Assembly: GCA_963579905.1 (NCBI GenBank) | Contig: CAUZIZ010000009.1 | Location: 1,333-65,332 of the forward strand | DNA length: 64,000 nt | From: Acidobacteria bacterium UBA6911 | Lineage (GTDB): Bacteria; Acidobacteriota; UBA6911; RPQK01; JAJDTT01 | Reading direction: 5' to 3' | In this document: positions 30,211 through 41,009 of the stretch, piece by piece | Numbering within the stretch: the stretch's first letter is position 1 | How the letters are laid out: every line of letters begins with the position of its first letter | The notes under the pieces: model-generated | The model's database searches: none | What the model saw: the letters and a program-made list of their open reading frames with translations, nothing else | What the model was told of the DNA's origin: nothing | Program-made: the position numbers and the translations under genes

Positions 30211-31454
30211 ATGAGTTGGAGAGAGTGGCGTTTTTAGGACTACCTTCTTGTCTCCCGCGTCGAAAAAGATCCAGACTTTAGCGATGAACTGATCAGCCTC
30301 GCCAGCAGGGGACTTCTGCCGATTGGCGCGGTCTGCATCGGGGCGCCGCTGTTCGCTATGCTGGCTGGGTTTTTGGGTGTGCCGGAGATGCTCGAGCATG
30401 CAGCACTCCTCGCCATCTGTGCGATCCTCACCCTCGGAGCAGTGGCAACGGCCTTGTCATGCTGGTGGGAATAGCGGCGCTTCCGCTGCGCCCCCTACAG
30501 ACCACTTTTCTAGGCTCGTCGCTGCGCGTGAGTTACTGGATATTGCTCCCGCTGGCAGGCCAAACGATCGACGAGAAGTTCCATCTGACCCATTCGGTAA
30601 CAGTGGTTCTTGTGATTCTCATCAGCACCGGTTTGACGGCGGTAATTTTTCGGCGGCGCCTGGAAGCCTTTCGAGCTCGGCGGCGGGCAGTCGATGCTCT
30701 CGAGCAGCTCCAAAAGACCCAATCCAGGCTCCTGATCTCCGAGATGGCAGCTTCGCAAGGCCGGTTGGCCGCCGCTGCTTGCGCATGAGTTGAATACGCC
30801 CCTGGGTGCTTTCAACAGTACCCGGACACGCTGGTGACCGTCTACGAGCACCAGCGTCAGAAAAAGTCTCCAGATCCTGAGATTTTCTCTCAGGCCTTCC
30901 AGGTCGCCCGGACCGCTTTGGGCCGGCTGACGGAGACCGTAGAGAGAATGAAGCGTCTGAGCAACCTGAGTCGGGCCGGGGGCCAATTGGTCGATCTCAA
31001 CCAGCTTTGGCACGACACGGTGACCTTCATCCGGGACGAGTTCGGAGAGGACCTGAAGCTCGAACTGGCATTGAGTCCGCTGCCCGATTTCAAGGGGAAT
31101 CCGCAGCAGCTGAGCACCGTCTTCACGAGCCTACTGAGGAACGCTGCAGCTGCCATCGATTCCTCTGGAAGCATTGTTGTGACGAGCAGCGTTGGCGGCG
31201 GTGAACTCATTCTTGAGGTCCGCGACACGGGAATAGGCATCGCTGCCGATCGGATTCCTCACCTTTTCAATCCCTCTTTTCAGGTTGCGGAGAACCGTGT
31301 CGGCACCACCAATTGGGGTCTCTTCGTCGCTCAGAGCATCGTGGCCAATCACCGCGGGCGCATCGAGATAGAGAGCCAGGAGGGCAAGGGTGCCGCGGCC
31401 AGGATCTATCTGCCCCAAGCCGTGCCCGGCAGAGATACTTGGACTGAAAGCTGA
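30211..31454 (+). pseudogene. Membrane sensor histidine kinase, disrupted
   Basis: TM segments, H-box AHELNTPLG near 30782, N-box LLRNAAAA, and DTGIGI and GLFVAQSIV. TAG at 30235 and at least two frameshifts. Confidence 0.8.
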
Positions 31455-31535
31455 AGTGGGCACCCTGGCCCCCGAAGCCTGCGCCGATCTGGTCGTCCTG
31501 GAGTGGAGCGACGAGGCCGAGCCGTTGGTGGAACT
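31420..31535 (+). pseudogene. Amidohydrolase C-terminal remnant
   Basis: PAEILGLKAEVGTLAPEACADLVVLEW matches the PA..LG...G.L..G..AD.V motif of amidohydrolases. Confidence 0.55.
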
Positions 31536-31709
31536 TGAGGGAGGCTGGCCGGGAACCTGGTGCGACCCGTATAGCCAACAACGGGCTGCAAGAACGGCTA
31601 TCTGCAGACCCTTCCGTTTTTGGCCGTTGTTGGAGTGGGAGATCGTACCGGGCACCACCCGGCTTTCCTACGGGCGACCCTACAAGCATTGCAAGAAGAA
31701 GAGTTACTA

Positions 31710-31743
31710 CAGTGACGTTTAAAAATCAGTGACGTTTAAAAAT
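31710..31743 (+). repeat. Perfect 17-bp tandem duplication
   Basis: CAGTGACGTTTAAAAAT twice, at the start of the AT-rich segment. Confidence 0.9.
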
Positions 31744-31756
31744 CCTTGGGAAAAGT

Positions 31757-33546
31757 ATGGCCGAAAAGGAGAAGTTGACAACCACACGGAAAAAGCATCC
31801 GTCCTCGATTCAAGAAGTTCCGGTTGAAAATCCCAAAATCGTGTGGATCTTATTCTCACTGCTGATTCTTGTCGTACTGATTATCCGGATGAATTTTCTT
31901 TCCATCCCTTTTGAACGCGATGATGGCGCCTATAACTATTTTGGACAATTAGTACTTGATGGAAAGATTCACTATCTTGATTTTTATGAAACAAAACCTC
32001 CCGGAACATTTTATTGCTACGCCTTTATCATCTCGCTATTTGAACTAACCCTTGAAGGTTGCACATTGGATTTTTGCTCATCAACCTCCTGTCCGTTTTC
32101 TTTGTTTTTCGCAGCGGTGCCCTGATTTTTAAAGGGCCGATCGGCCTGGTCGTCGTCACGGCCTTTGCGTTCTTGCCGATGAATCCCTATCTTTCAGGCT
32201 TTACCACCCAATCTGAGCACATCGTGACCCTCTTTGTCACTTCGGGCCTCGTCGTTTTATTGAAGGGCCTTCAAAGAGAAAGCAGGACCTATTATTTCTT
32301 CAGTGGAGTCTTGTTCTGCGCGGCACTACTGGTGAAACAGAACGGTGTCTTTTCCGCCTTTTTCGGAGGATTGGCTGTCACTAGCTATCACCTACTACTC
32401 GGTGAGAATCGCAATTGGAAGAAAGTTGTGGGCTCAGGATTAATCTATTCGGCGGGAGTCATCATTCCCTTCGTACTCACTCTCATTCTCATGTCTATGA
32501 ACTCTGCTTTAGATGAATTCATTTACTGGATTTACAATCATGCCAAAGACCATTACGGAGCATCCAAAGAGTGGAAACCTACGGGCAAAAGAATGCTGAA
32601 CTCGACTTGGACCAGGATATCCGAAAATCACTATCTCTTATTCTTACTGGCGATCTTCGGTTTTGTGGCAACCGCCTTCACGAAACTAAACTTGCACAGA
32701 AAGAGCATGATTCTTTGTTTTTCCGTTCTATCCTTTGTCGCCATCACCCCCGGCCTGCGCTTTTATGGTCATTATTGGATCTTGCTCATGCCAGCTGTGG
32801 CGTTCCTCGTCGGGGTTGCAGTTCTCTTTTGCAACGAGCAATTGCAGAAATTTACCCATGGCAAAACTACAAGCACTCTTGCCCTCTGGATTTTTGTCAT
32901 CGCATTTATGCATCATCTGGTAAAGATTCAGGGCGATGATAAAATTAAGAACTATTACACCCACCCCAACTCGATGAATATTTCGAGAAATGTCTACGGT
33001 CTCAATCCCTTCCCGAGGCAAAAAATCGTCGGTGACTAAATCAAGGGAAATTCAAATGAGAACGAAAATATCTCTGTTTTTAGCTCGGAATCTCAAGTTT
33101 ATTTTTACGCCAACCGCAGAGGAGTTTCGAAACATAATTATCTCGGATATCTGGTGAAGAATTATCCGCGGCACTCCCTGTGGCAAAAAGAATTTATCTC
33201 AGATGTGGAAACTGCCAAACCGAAGTATCTTGTTTTCTTCGGACATCCTTGGTCATGGATGGTCAAAGAAGGTATCGACCAGACATTGTTCAAATAGATC
33301 AACAGCTACACCAAAGAAAATTATCAACTTGTTGGTTTGGTTCAGTATAGGAGCGATGAGCAGCTCGATGTAAAGTGGGGGCAAAAGGACGCGGCAGAAA
33401 TGCTGCGAGAAGTAATTTCCCGGAAAAGAACTCTTCAAGCTCAGTTGCAAAAGGAGACCGCATCTAAGAATCGATTTCGAATCGCCAATCTGAGAAAACA
33501 GCTGCGACTCTTCAACTATCAAACCAGAAGCTATCAGAAAAAATAG
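31757..33546 (+). pseudogene. GT-C (ArnT/PMT-like) membrane glycosyltransferase, disrupted, AT-rich
   Basis: ERDDGAY..YETKPPG motif and many TM helices. Frameshift near 32060, TAA 33037 and TAG 33295. Visibly lower GC than the flanks. Confidence 0.8.
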
Positions 33547-33610
33547 TTCTGTACGCTTTGAGTTTGTACCAGAAGTGGGACGTTTTCCGAGGAGGGTAAC
33601 CAACTCAGAC

Positions 33611-34006
33611 TTATCGAGCACATCTTCTCGAAGAGATCGGCGATCCCACCTCCCCACGGCCTACGGCTGTCTTGTCGTGGCGCTCCGCCACGCGCTCCGC
33701 GGACCCGACGCGCGCCTTGCGATTCTCGACGTCCTGTACGATGTAGCGTTGGTATTTCCATCGCACCAGATCCTGCCCGGTCAGCTTCGTCTCCCGAAAG
33801 GCGCGGTTGGAGGCGGCGTAAGCGGTGTGCCAGGCTTCCCGCTGACGTTCGGTCAAGCGGCCAAACGAGCGCTCCCACCGAGTCCGGTCCTGTGCCGTGC
33901 TGGAGTCCCCGTCGGAGGGAGGAAGCTTCAGATCATAGCCCAGAATCACGTGCCGCCCGATCTCCATGCGTAGCGCGGTCACTCCCGGCGATGGGGCTTG
34001 CGACAT
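33611..34006 (-). pseudogene. Sulfatase internal fragment
   Basis: MEIGRHVILGYDLK..QREAWHTAY..LTGQDLVRWKYQRYI resembles the middle of N-acetylglucosamine-6-sulfatase-like enzymes. No CxPxR motif. Confidence 0.65.
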
Positions 34007-34010
34007 CCTG

Positions 34011-35960
34011 TCACGGTTGGCGCTGGCTTGCGTTTGACATCCAATTCCAGACTCCAGCTGCCACCAGCGCGACGACACCGATAATGTTCGGCAGACTGAG
34101 CGACAGGGTGCCGATCGCTCCGCTTGGATACAGGATCAGGACCGCAGAAAGCAGGATAACCGACCTCGGAGCCCACTCCAGTGGCCCGAAGAGGTGGCCG
34201 GCGATTCCGGCCGCCAGCGGAACGACTCCCAAGAGAGCCAACAGAAACACCGGAACCACATCCAGGAAGGCCGCCGTCGAACCGTCCGCCTGAAGCATCA
34301 GAAGTTGAGGCCGGGCGACAAAGACATAGGGCAAAGTGAACCCCACCAGGGAGAAACGAAACGCCGCCAGCGCGGTCTTCATGACGGGTGCCCTGGCCAG
34401 GGACGCAGCGGTGAAGGCGGCCAGTGCCACGGGAGGCGTCACCATCGACATCATGCCGAAATAGAAGATGAAGAGATGAGCCGCCAGCGGCACGACCCCC
34501 AGCTGGCTGAGGGGCGGCCCGATTATGGTTGCCATCAACAGATAGCAGACCGCCGAGGGGAGACCCATCCCCAGGACGATCGAAGCGCCCATGATCAGTA
34601 CCAGGGCGAGCAGCAGATTATTCTCGGCCAGCAGCATCAGAAGACTCGCGAATCGGGTGCCGACTCCCGTCAGCGTCACCACACCGACTACCGCACCGAC
34701 GCAGGACGCCGCCGCCACCAGCGCGACTCCGTTGCGCGCGGACTTCTCAAAGATCTTCAGCAAGGACTTCAGCCCTACCCTCGTTCGGGTACTCATGAAG
34801 CCGAGTCCGAAGATGAACACCATCGAGAGCGTGACCGCCCGGAACGGCGTGTAGCCGACGATCAGCAGAAGAATCAGGACTCCTAGAGCTCCGAAGAAGA
34901 TTGCTCCTTCCAGGGCGCCCGGCGATTCCATCGTGGAGCTCCGCGACCCTTGCGAGACCTCTTCGCTCGCCGCCGCAGCGGCTCCGGCGTTTTTCGCATA
35001 GAAGTGAACGATCAGGAGCAGGGATATGTAGTAGAGGATTGCCGGAAGCAGCGCGGCCCGAATGATCTCGAGGTAGGTCACGGGGGGATCGATGATCTCC
35101 AGCATCATATAGGCCCCGGCTCCCATGATCGGGGGCATGAGAGCTCCACCTGAGCTGGCCGCGGCCGCCACTCCCCCGGCGATGTGAGCTTCGAACCCCG
35201 AACTCCTCATCATCGGGATCGTGAAGGTACCGGTGGCCGCGGTGTTCGCCACGGCGCTGCCCGACAAAGAGCCCATCAGTCCGCTGCTGAGCACTGAGAC
35301 TTTGGCGGCTCCGCCGGTGCTCTTCCGGAATGCTCGCCGGGCCAGATCGATGATGAACTGAGTTGCTCCGGTCGCCTCTAGAAATCCGCCGAAGATCACG
35401 AATAGGAAAACGTACGTGTGCATCACCTTCAACGCCATTCCAAAGACGCCCTGACTGTGCAAGAAAGTCGTCGAGACGATCCGGTTCCAGTCGTAGCCAC
35501 GGTGCGGGAAAAGCCAGTCCGGCAACCACGCTCCGAACATGGCGTAGGCTATGAAAATCGCTGCCAGAATCGGAAGGGCGAGCCCGATACTCCTTCTGGT
35601 GGCCTCGAGCACGATCACAATCCCCACGGCCCCGACCAGAAAATCGAGGGGCTGCTCGACTCCGGCTCGATCACCCAGAGCGACACCGTCTAGCCACAAT
35701 CCCCGAAAGATCGGCTCAGTCTGTACGAGAACATACCCGCAGCAGAGCGCCGCCAGCAAAGCGAATACGAGATCCAGCATCTGGAGGGCTTTGCGATCGG
35801 TGAACATAGGGTGAGCCGGGAACGTCAGGAAGCAGATGACGATGCCTAGGAGCGAAAAAATCGCCAGCTGAGACTGAGGTTGAAGGAGGGGATAGTTCAC
35901 TTCCCAGATGGTGGACAGGCAGATGAGAACTGCAAGGGACCTGACCAGTTGGCGCCGCAT
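34011..35960 (-). CDS. TRAP transporter 4TM/12TM fused permease
   Basis: EATRRSIG, SGSAVANTAATG, MPPIMGAGA, LGMGLP and TPPVALAA motifs. Confidence 0.95.
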   Translation of the reverse strand: MRRQLVRSLAVLICLSTIWEVNYPLLQPQSQLAIFSLLGIVICFLTFPAHPMFTDRKALQMLDLVFALLAALCCGYVLVQTEPIFRGLWLDGVALGDRAGVEQPLDFLVGAVGIVIVLEATRRSIGLALPILAAIFIAYAMFGAWLPDWLFPHRGYDWNRIVSTTFLHSQGVFGMALKVMHTYVFLFVIFGGFLEATGATQFIIDLARRAFRKSTGGAAKVSVLSSGLMGSLSGSAVANTAATGTFTIPMMRSSGFEAHIAGGVAAAASSGGALMPPIMGAGAYMMLEIIDPPVTYLEIIRAALLPAILYYISLLLIVHFYAKNAGAAAAASEEVSQGSRSSTMESPGALEGAIFFGALGVLILLLIVGYTPFRAVTLSMVFIFGLGFMSTRTRVGLKSLLKIFEKSARNGVALVAAASCVGAVVGVVTLTGVGTRFASLLMLLAENNLLLALVLIMGASIVLGMGLPSAVCYLLMATIIGPPLSQLGVVPLAAHLFIFYFGMMSMVTPPVALAAFTAASLARAPVMKTALAAFRFSLVGFTLPYVFVARPQLLMLQADGSTAAFLDVVPVFLLALLGVVPLAAGIAGHLFGPLEWAPRSVILLSAVLILYPSGAIGTLSLSLPNIIGVVALVAAGVWNWMSNASQRQP

Positions 35961-35999
35961 GGAACTCCGTCTCGTCCGTATTCTGCTCAGGCTCCTAGC

Positions 36000-36986
36000 T
36001 CAGTGCTCCGGCCAGATTCCGATCTCTCGATAGTAGCGGATGGCGCCGGCATGGAACTCGGTGCCCGTGTCCCGGACTACATTCCGGGGGTTGATAGCTC
36101 GGCCGGCGGCGTGCTTTTCCAACACGGACTGCCGATTCTCATATAGGCATTTCGTGACCCGATAGACCAGGTCCTCGTCCATTTCGGCAGAAGTGATGAA
36201 CTGCATCGATCCGACGTTTAGGCCGTTGAAGTCCTCGTCCTGGTTACGGTAAGTTCCGGCAGGAATCGTGGTTTCGGTGAAGAAGGTGTAGTTGGCGAGA
36301 AGCTCCCGCATGGCCGCCTTCTCGTAAGGGATAAAGAAAACATCCTGCGAGCTGGAGACTTGTGTTATCGATGCGGTCGGCACAGCTCCCCCGAGAAAAG
36401 CGGCCGCTGCCGCTCCGTCCGACAGCATGTCGATCGCAGCGAGCTGATTACCGTTCAGAGGCGTGAAGTCTTCGTACGTCACGCCATGAGCCTGCAGGAT
36501 CAGCCGCAGGAAAAACTCGAAACCCGCTCCCGGCGGGCCGACGACGATGCGATTTCCTTTCAGCGAGGCGAGATCTTCGAGTCCCGAGCCTCGAAGGGTG
36601 ACGAAAAGAGCGACGTTAGGCGCCAAGGTCATCACGGATTGCATGGGATATGGCCGATCCCATCCTGCTTCCCCGCGGACGGCAAAATAGGTAATCGCTG
36701 CGTTCGCCATGGCAAAGTCCAGCTGACCCGAGGAGACTCGACGGATGTTCTCCATCGTCCCCTGGGTGGCCTCGGACGTCACGTCCCAGCGATTCTCGCC
36801 TTTGAACTCGTTGAGCACTTCACCCAGCGCACTTCCAACGATGAAGAACGCGCCACCGGGAGGAGCAGTACCCACGCTGAGGAATTGCCGCGAACCAGCG
36901 GGGGACGAATCCGAACTGCCGGAGCAGCTTCCGAGAGCCAAAACGATCAGCATCGAGCCAATCGCCACGATGGTCCTTTTAAACAT
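36000..36986 (-). CDS. TAXI-family TRAP solute-binding lipoprotein
   Basis: LALGSC lipobox; GTAPPGG, ATQGTMENI, IPAGTY and FHAGAIRYYRE motifs. Confidence 0.93.
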   Translation of the reverse strand: MFKRTIVAIGSMLIVLALGSCSGSSDSSPAGSRQFLSVGTAPPGGAFFIVGSALGEVLNEFKGENRWDVTSEATQGTMENIRRVSSGQLDFAMANAAITYFAVRGEAGWDRPYPMQSVMTLAPNVALFVTLRGSGLEDLASLKGNRIVVGPPGAGFEFFLRLILQAHGVTYEDFTPLNGNQLAAIDMLSDGAAAAAFLGGAVPTASITQVSSSQDVFFIPYEKAAMRELLANYTFFTETTIPAGTYRNQDEDFNGLNVGSMQFITSAEMDEDLVYRVTKCLYENRQSVLEKHAAGRAINPRNVVRDTGTEFHAGAIRYYREIGIWPEH

Positions 36987-37262
36987 GGCAATGATTCTAC
37001 TCGGGACAGGATGTCCGACGCCAGCGAAGCCTTTGGGTGCTGTGGCCCATGCCGACAGCATTCGAAGGCGGCGGCATGGCCGCCGCACTCCATGGCTCGC
37101 CTGGCTTTCCACATTCCAGTAGCTGCCCCAATCGAACGGAGCTAAGGATCTGGAATCCTGTGGATGCTATCGCCCGTAGACAACAAAGGAGCCGAGGATG
37201 AGGGCCATCAGGAGTTGTTTCGTCGATGCTGCCACAGGTTTGGACTCGACTATGCGCGATCT

Positions 37263-37464
37263 CTGACCTGAAACTTCAAAGAATCGTCTGCACGTCTGAA
37301 GGTCGCACGTCCCTTGTCTGTGAAAACCGTGGCACGGCCTTCCAGGCCGTGATTGTGGAGCCTCTAGCTCCACGGGCCGGCCATCACGGGCAGGGATGCC
37401 CGTGCCACTACGGGATGTTGACGTTTCTTCCTGAATGATCCAGCGTGGCTGGGGGCTGCACTAA
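37263..37464 (+). mobile_element. Modular repeat cassette E1 (cargo 2)
   Basis: L end CTGACCTGAAACTTCA 37263-37278; cargo 2 at 37329-37408. R variant GTTTCTTCCTGAATGATCCAGCGTGGCTGGGGGCTGCACTAA ends at 37464. Confidence 0.8.
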
Positions 37465-37634
37465 CCTGAAACTTCAATAGGCTCCGGTGGATCGACGTGG
37501 TTCGGTCTCCAGGCCGAAGTATTCTTCTTTTTCGAGCCTTTGGCTCGATACACGGCGGCCTGGAGACCGCCACCACGGCCGGGACTCCAAGTTTCTTTCT
37601 CGAATGGGACCAGCGCTTCCTGGGGGCGAGACTT
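37461..37634 (+). mobile_element. Modular repeat cassette E2 (cargo 4), in tandem with E1
   Basis: L end CTAACCTGAAACTTCA 37461-37476 shares CTAA with E1. Cargo GTGGTTCGGTCTCCAGGCCGAA..GGCGGCCTGGAGACCGCCACCAC. R end AGTTTCTTTCTCGAATGGGACCAGCGC from 37590. Confidence 0.82.
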
Positions 37635-38007
37635 GTGTAGCGTGAAGCAACCGAAGGAATCTGGCCCAGCGGCAGAGAGTCTTCAGAAGGTGGAACTTCA
37701 CTTGGCTAGGCGATCATTCAGGTGCCGCCAAATGAAAGAGCCGTGACCGTGAGAGGGTGCCGCAAAAGTCCACATCAAAATCCGGGATGCTAACGGAGCA
37801 GGTCTAGTTGCCACTTCTGTGATAGGCCCTTCCAAGGAGGCTGCTAAAGGCAGGGTAGGTGTTCGGCTCCCTCGACGTAAAAGGGTCCAGTCTGGGGATT
37901 CTCCCGAGGTGCCACCTGCTCTCTCTGCTGATCGAATCCATGGGCATCAACAGTGGTCGTCTCAACGGTGTTGCCATCCTGGCCATGGAGGGAGGGAGGA
38001 TGGGGTT

Positions 38008-38266
38008 CTAGATGATCGATTCCGAAATAGCATGCCAATTGCAGATGGGGCTTGTGCGGCGAGGTCAAGGCGGGAGAAGGAAGTCGATGTTCTGTTATCT
38101 TCGACGACGACCAACGAAGAGATCGACCGCAACCTTCTTTTTACCAACGGGTTGCGCTCCCGAGTACGAAGCCAGACTCTCGCTTGTGCGGACAAGTTCC
38201 CTAGAAACATTCAGCTCAAATTATGGGCGCAACAATTGTCATGTTATTTCGGAATCGATTATCTAG
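38008..38266. mobile_element. MITE family M1, long copy (259 bp)
   Basis: Same TIRs as 24146-24272, plus 132 bp between GCTTGTGCGG direct repeats at 38050 and 38182. Confidence 0.9.
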
Positions 38267-38344
38267 GTGTCGTGTGGTAGTGGGTGGGTACGAATTGATG
38301 ATTCATCGCGATGCTCCTGACTCCAACCCCAATGGGTTTCTTGT

Positions 38345-39302
38345 CTACTTTCGCACGAACTTCTGCAATGAGGGGCAATCCGCCGAAACAATGCCAGGTT
38401 TTACAGCGGCCGAGATGATGACTTCCCCGACGTAGATGTCACCGGCAGAATCCATCCAAAGGTCATGTGGAGCGGAAAAATCACCGGTCATGTATGGATT
38501 GTCTCCACCTCCCCAGCGAGTCTGTAGCTCTCCGTCGCGGCGGAACACGCTGACTCGCCCACCCGTCCGCTCCGGTTTTGGATCAGGTGTCCCGGCCCGC
38601 CAACCCAGTTCGGCGACGAACACGTTGTCCTGGTCATCCAGGAACACGTTGCATGGCCTGGCTACATCCGTCCACTCCTCCCGGAATACTCCATTCGAAG
38701 TAAACTACTGCAAGCGGCTGTTCTCACGATCGGCCACCACGACGCGGCCGTCGCTGTCCACCGCGATGCCGTGAGGAAGCCGGAACTGTCCAGGACCGCT
38801 TCCCGGTTCACCCCATGAGATCAACAGTTCACCCCTCGCTGACGTAGATTTCAGCATCAGGCGAAAGAGCCAGGTTGGTCGGCAAATTGAATGGGGGAGC
38901 CCCCCGCTTGATGGTCCAGTAATCCGTGTTCTCCACACCCGAATCGCTTGGCCGCCCACTGCTTCCCAGCTTCGACAACAATTGACCTTCAGTGGAGTAG
39001 ATCTGAACCGTGTGATCCTGGTCATCCGTCAGGTACAAACGGTCATCTGGCCCGATCCAGATCCCATGGGGTCTCACGAATCGACCCGTGTCCAAGGAGT
39101 GAAGGAAGGTGCCGTCGGTTTCGAAGACCATCACCGGCTGGGGACCACGATTGAAAACGTAGACGCGATCCTGGGGATCCGTTGCTATGCCCACCGTCTC
39201 CCCCATGGTCATACCTCAGGGCAGTCGGTGCCATCGATCGGTCGCTTCATAGACGAAGCTACCTGTGCCGACAATCCTGGGCTCCGATCCACCTACGGAC
39301 AT
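38345..39302 (-). pseudogene. NHL-repeat (peptidyl-amidating-lyase-like) protein, disrupted
   Basis: RBS and ATG at 39302; TGA at 39218-39216. Motifs VYVFNRG, RPHGIWI, GPGQFRLPHGIAVD, ADRENSRLQ and APHDLWMD. Frameshifts near 38840, 38705 and 38660. Confidence 0.85.
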
Positions 39303-39497
39303 CAGTCCTTCCTCCTTCTTTTCCTGCTTTCAGTGGTCACCGTGAAGAGATGCGATCCTATTCTGAGCCCAGAATCACAAAGTCAGCAAGACCAGGATGA
39401 AAGTCGACAGGTGGAGTGTAGACTAACCAGAATCGAGGTCCCATCATGGCACTCGAAGAATGACAACGTTGACTGCCCTCGGAAAGGAGGATGGGGA

Positions 39498-41009
39498 ATG
39501 AAGAGAGGACTGGCCTCGGTTTGCCTGGTTGCGATGGTCCTGACGGTGGCAGGTGAGAATGTCTTGGCAGAGCAGCCGAGCTCTCAAGACTCCCTGGACA
39601 TCGGCTCCCGGCTGGAGCCGTTCGTGGATGACTACCTCATCGAGGATCTCGAGGGTCTGGATTTGAGGGTTCACCGGCCTCGAGAAGAGGAGAAGGTTCT
39701 GCACTTCGACCGGCCCTGGGAGGGCAATATTCCCTACTTTGTCAATATCTACCGGGACGGGGATATCTATCGGATGAACTATCGGGGAAGGAGTGCTCCG
39801 GATTACGTCATCCAGGAGGAGTTGGAGCCGGGAGAGGAGGTGATGCCAACTCACGAGGAGGTCGCCTGCTACGCCGAGAGCCGGGATGGAATCCGCTGGG
39901 TGCGGACGTCGTTGGGACAGGTTGAATTCCGTGGATCCCGGGATAACAATATCCTGGACCTGAAGGGAGCCAGCCGTTTTGTACCCTTCAAGGATGCCAA
40001 TCCCCAGGCGCCGGCGGAGAGTCGCTACAAGGCCGTGGCCTATACAAAAAGGGGAGAGAAGCCCGGACTGGTTCCCCTCCACTCCCCCGATGGCCTTCAC
40101 TGGAAGTGGATGCGCCCGGAGCCTGTCATCACCGATGGGTACTTCGACTCACAGAACGTCTCATTCTGGGATGGAGAGCGAGGGATCTATGTGGCCCTAT
40201 ACCGGGACTTCAAGAGTGGCATCCGCACGCTCAAATATGCTACCTCCAGCGACTTCGTCCAATGGAGCACAGGTCGGTGGGTGGACTACGGAGAGGTCCC
40301 TCGAGAGCACCTGTATACCAACGCCACCGTGCCCTACTTCCGAGCACCCCACCTCTTTCTGGCCTTTCCCAATCGCTTCTCCCCATGGAGAATTCCAATG
40401 CACCTGCGGCCAGGAAGGGGTGGGGAGCGGGAAACAGAGGGCCCCAACAAGACGGGCATCTCCGATACAGTTTTCATGAGCAGCCGAGATGGCCTCCACT
40501 GGTACCGTTTCCTGGAGGCCTTCATTCGGCCGGGCAGAGACCGGCGCAACTGGATCCATCGAAACAATCTCGTGGGTCGAGGGATGGTGGCTACAGGACC
40601 CGATGAGCTGTCGCTATACGTGATTCGTCACTATACCTATCCCACGGCTCACCTGCTTCGGGTGAGTGTGCGAACCGACGGGTTCGCCTCCCTCCACGCC
40701 GGATACCCGGGAGGAGAAATGGTTACCAAACCACTCATCTTCCAGGGTTCAAAGCTGATCCTGAACTACTCCACCTCCGCCGCGGGCAGCATCCAGTCAG
40801 AGATTCAAGATGCCAATGGACACCCGATTCCGGGCTTTTCACTCCAGGACTGCATTCCCATCTGGGGAGACGAGATCGAGGGCCGAGCCCGCTGGAATCA
40901 TCCGACCAGCCAGACCGACCAACATCCCCTGAAACGCTTGGCCGGCACTACCGTTCGGCTGCGCTTCGTGATGAAGGATGCGGACCTCTACTCGCTGAGG
41001 TTCAGGTAG
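39498..41009 (+). CDS. GH32/GH43-like propeller family protein (paralogue 4)
   Basis: AAGGAGG RBS and signal peptide. IGSRLEPFVDDY, YAESRDGIRW, FDSQNVSFWD, SSRDG, RTDGF and LRFVMKDADLYSLRF. Confidence 0.85.
   Translation: MKRGLASVCLVAMVLTVAGENVLAEQPSSQDSLDIGSRLEPFVDDYLIEDLEGLDLRVHRPREEEKVLHFDRPWEGNIPYFVNIYRDGDIYRMNYRGRSAPDYVIQEELEPGEEVMPTHEEVACYAESRDGIRWVRTSLGQVEFRGSRDNNILDLKGASRFVPFKDANPQAPAESRYKAVAYTKRGEKPGLVPLHSPDGLHWKWMRPEPVITDGYFDSQNVSFWDGERGIYVALYRDFKSGIRTLKYATSSDFVQWSTGRWVDYGEVPREHLYTNATVPYFRAPHLFLAFPNRFSPWRIPMHLRPGRGGERETEGPNKTGISDTVFMSSRDGLHWYRFLEAFIRPGRDRRNWIHRNNLVGRGMVATGPDELSLYVIRHYTYPTAHLLRVSVRTDGFASLHAGYPGGEMVTKPLIFQGSKLILNYSTSAAGSIQSEIQDANGHPIPGFSLQDCIPIWGDEIEGRARWNHPTSQTDQHPLKRLAGTTVRLRFVMKDADLYSLRFR

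Noticed and set aside
37263-37634. Integron attC cassette array
   Set aside because: No gene cassettes between the sites, no RYYYAAC..GTTRRRY box pairs and no integrase in the window; only the stacking pattern is analogous.
1746-39218. Amber (TAG) recoding or pyrrolysine read-through, suggested by eight in-frame TAGs (1758, 2995, 7325, 8498, 18705, 19300, 30235, 33295)
   Set aside because: In-frame TAA and TGA also occur, and most of the same genes carry frameshifts. The TAGs fall at positions expected to encode different residues (Trp, Tyr, Gln). Intact conserved genes such as yajQ end properly at TAG.
38982-39497. N-terminal 172 aa of the 675-aa ORF 38982-41009
   Set aside because: It is largely the antisense shadow of the NHL pseudogene. 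A strong RBS and signal peptide place the start at 39498.
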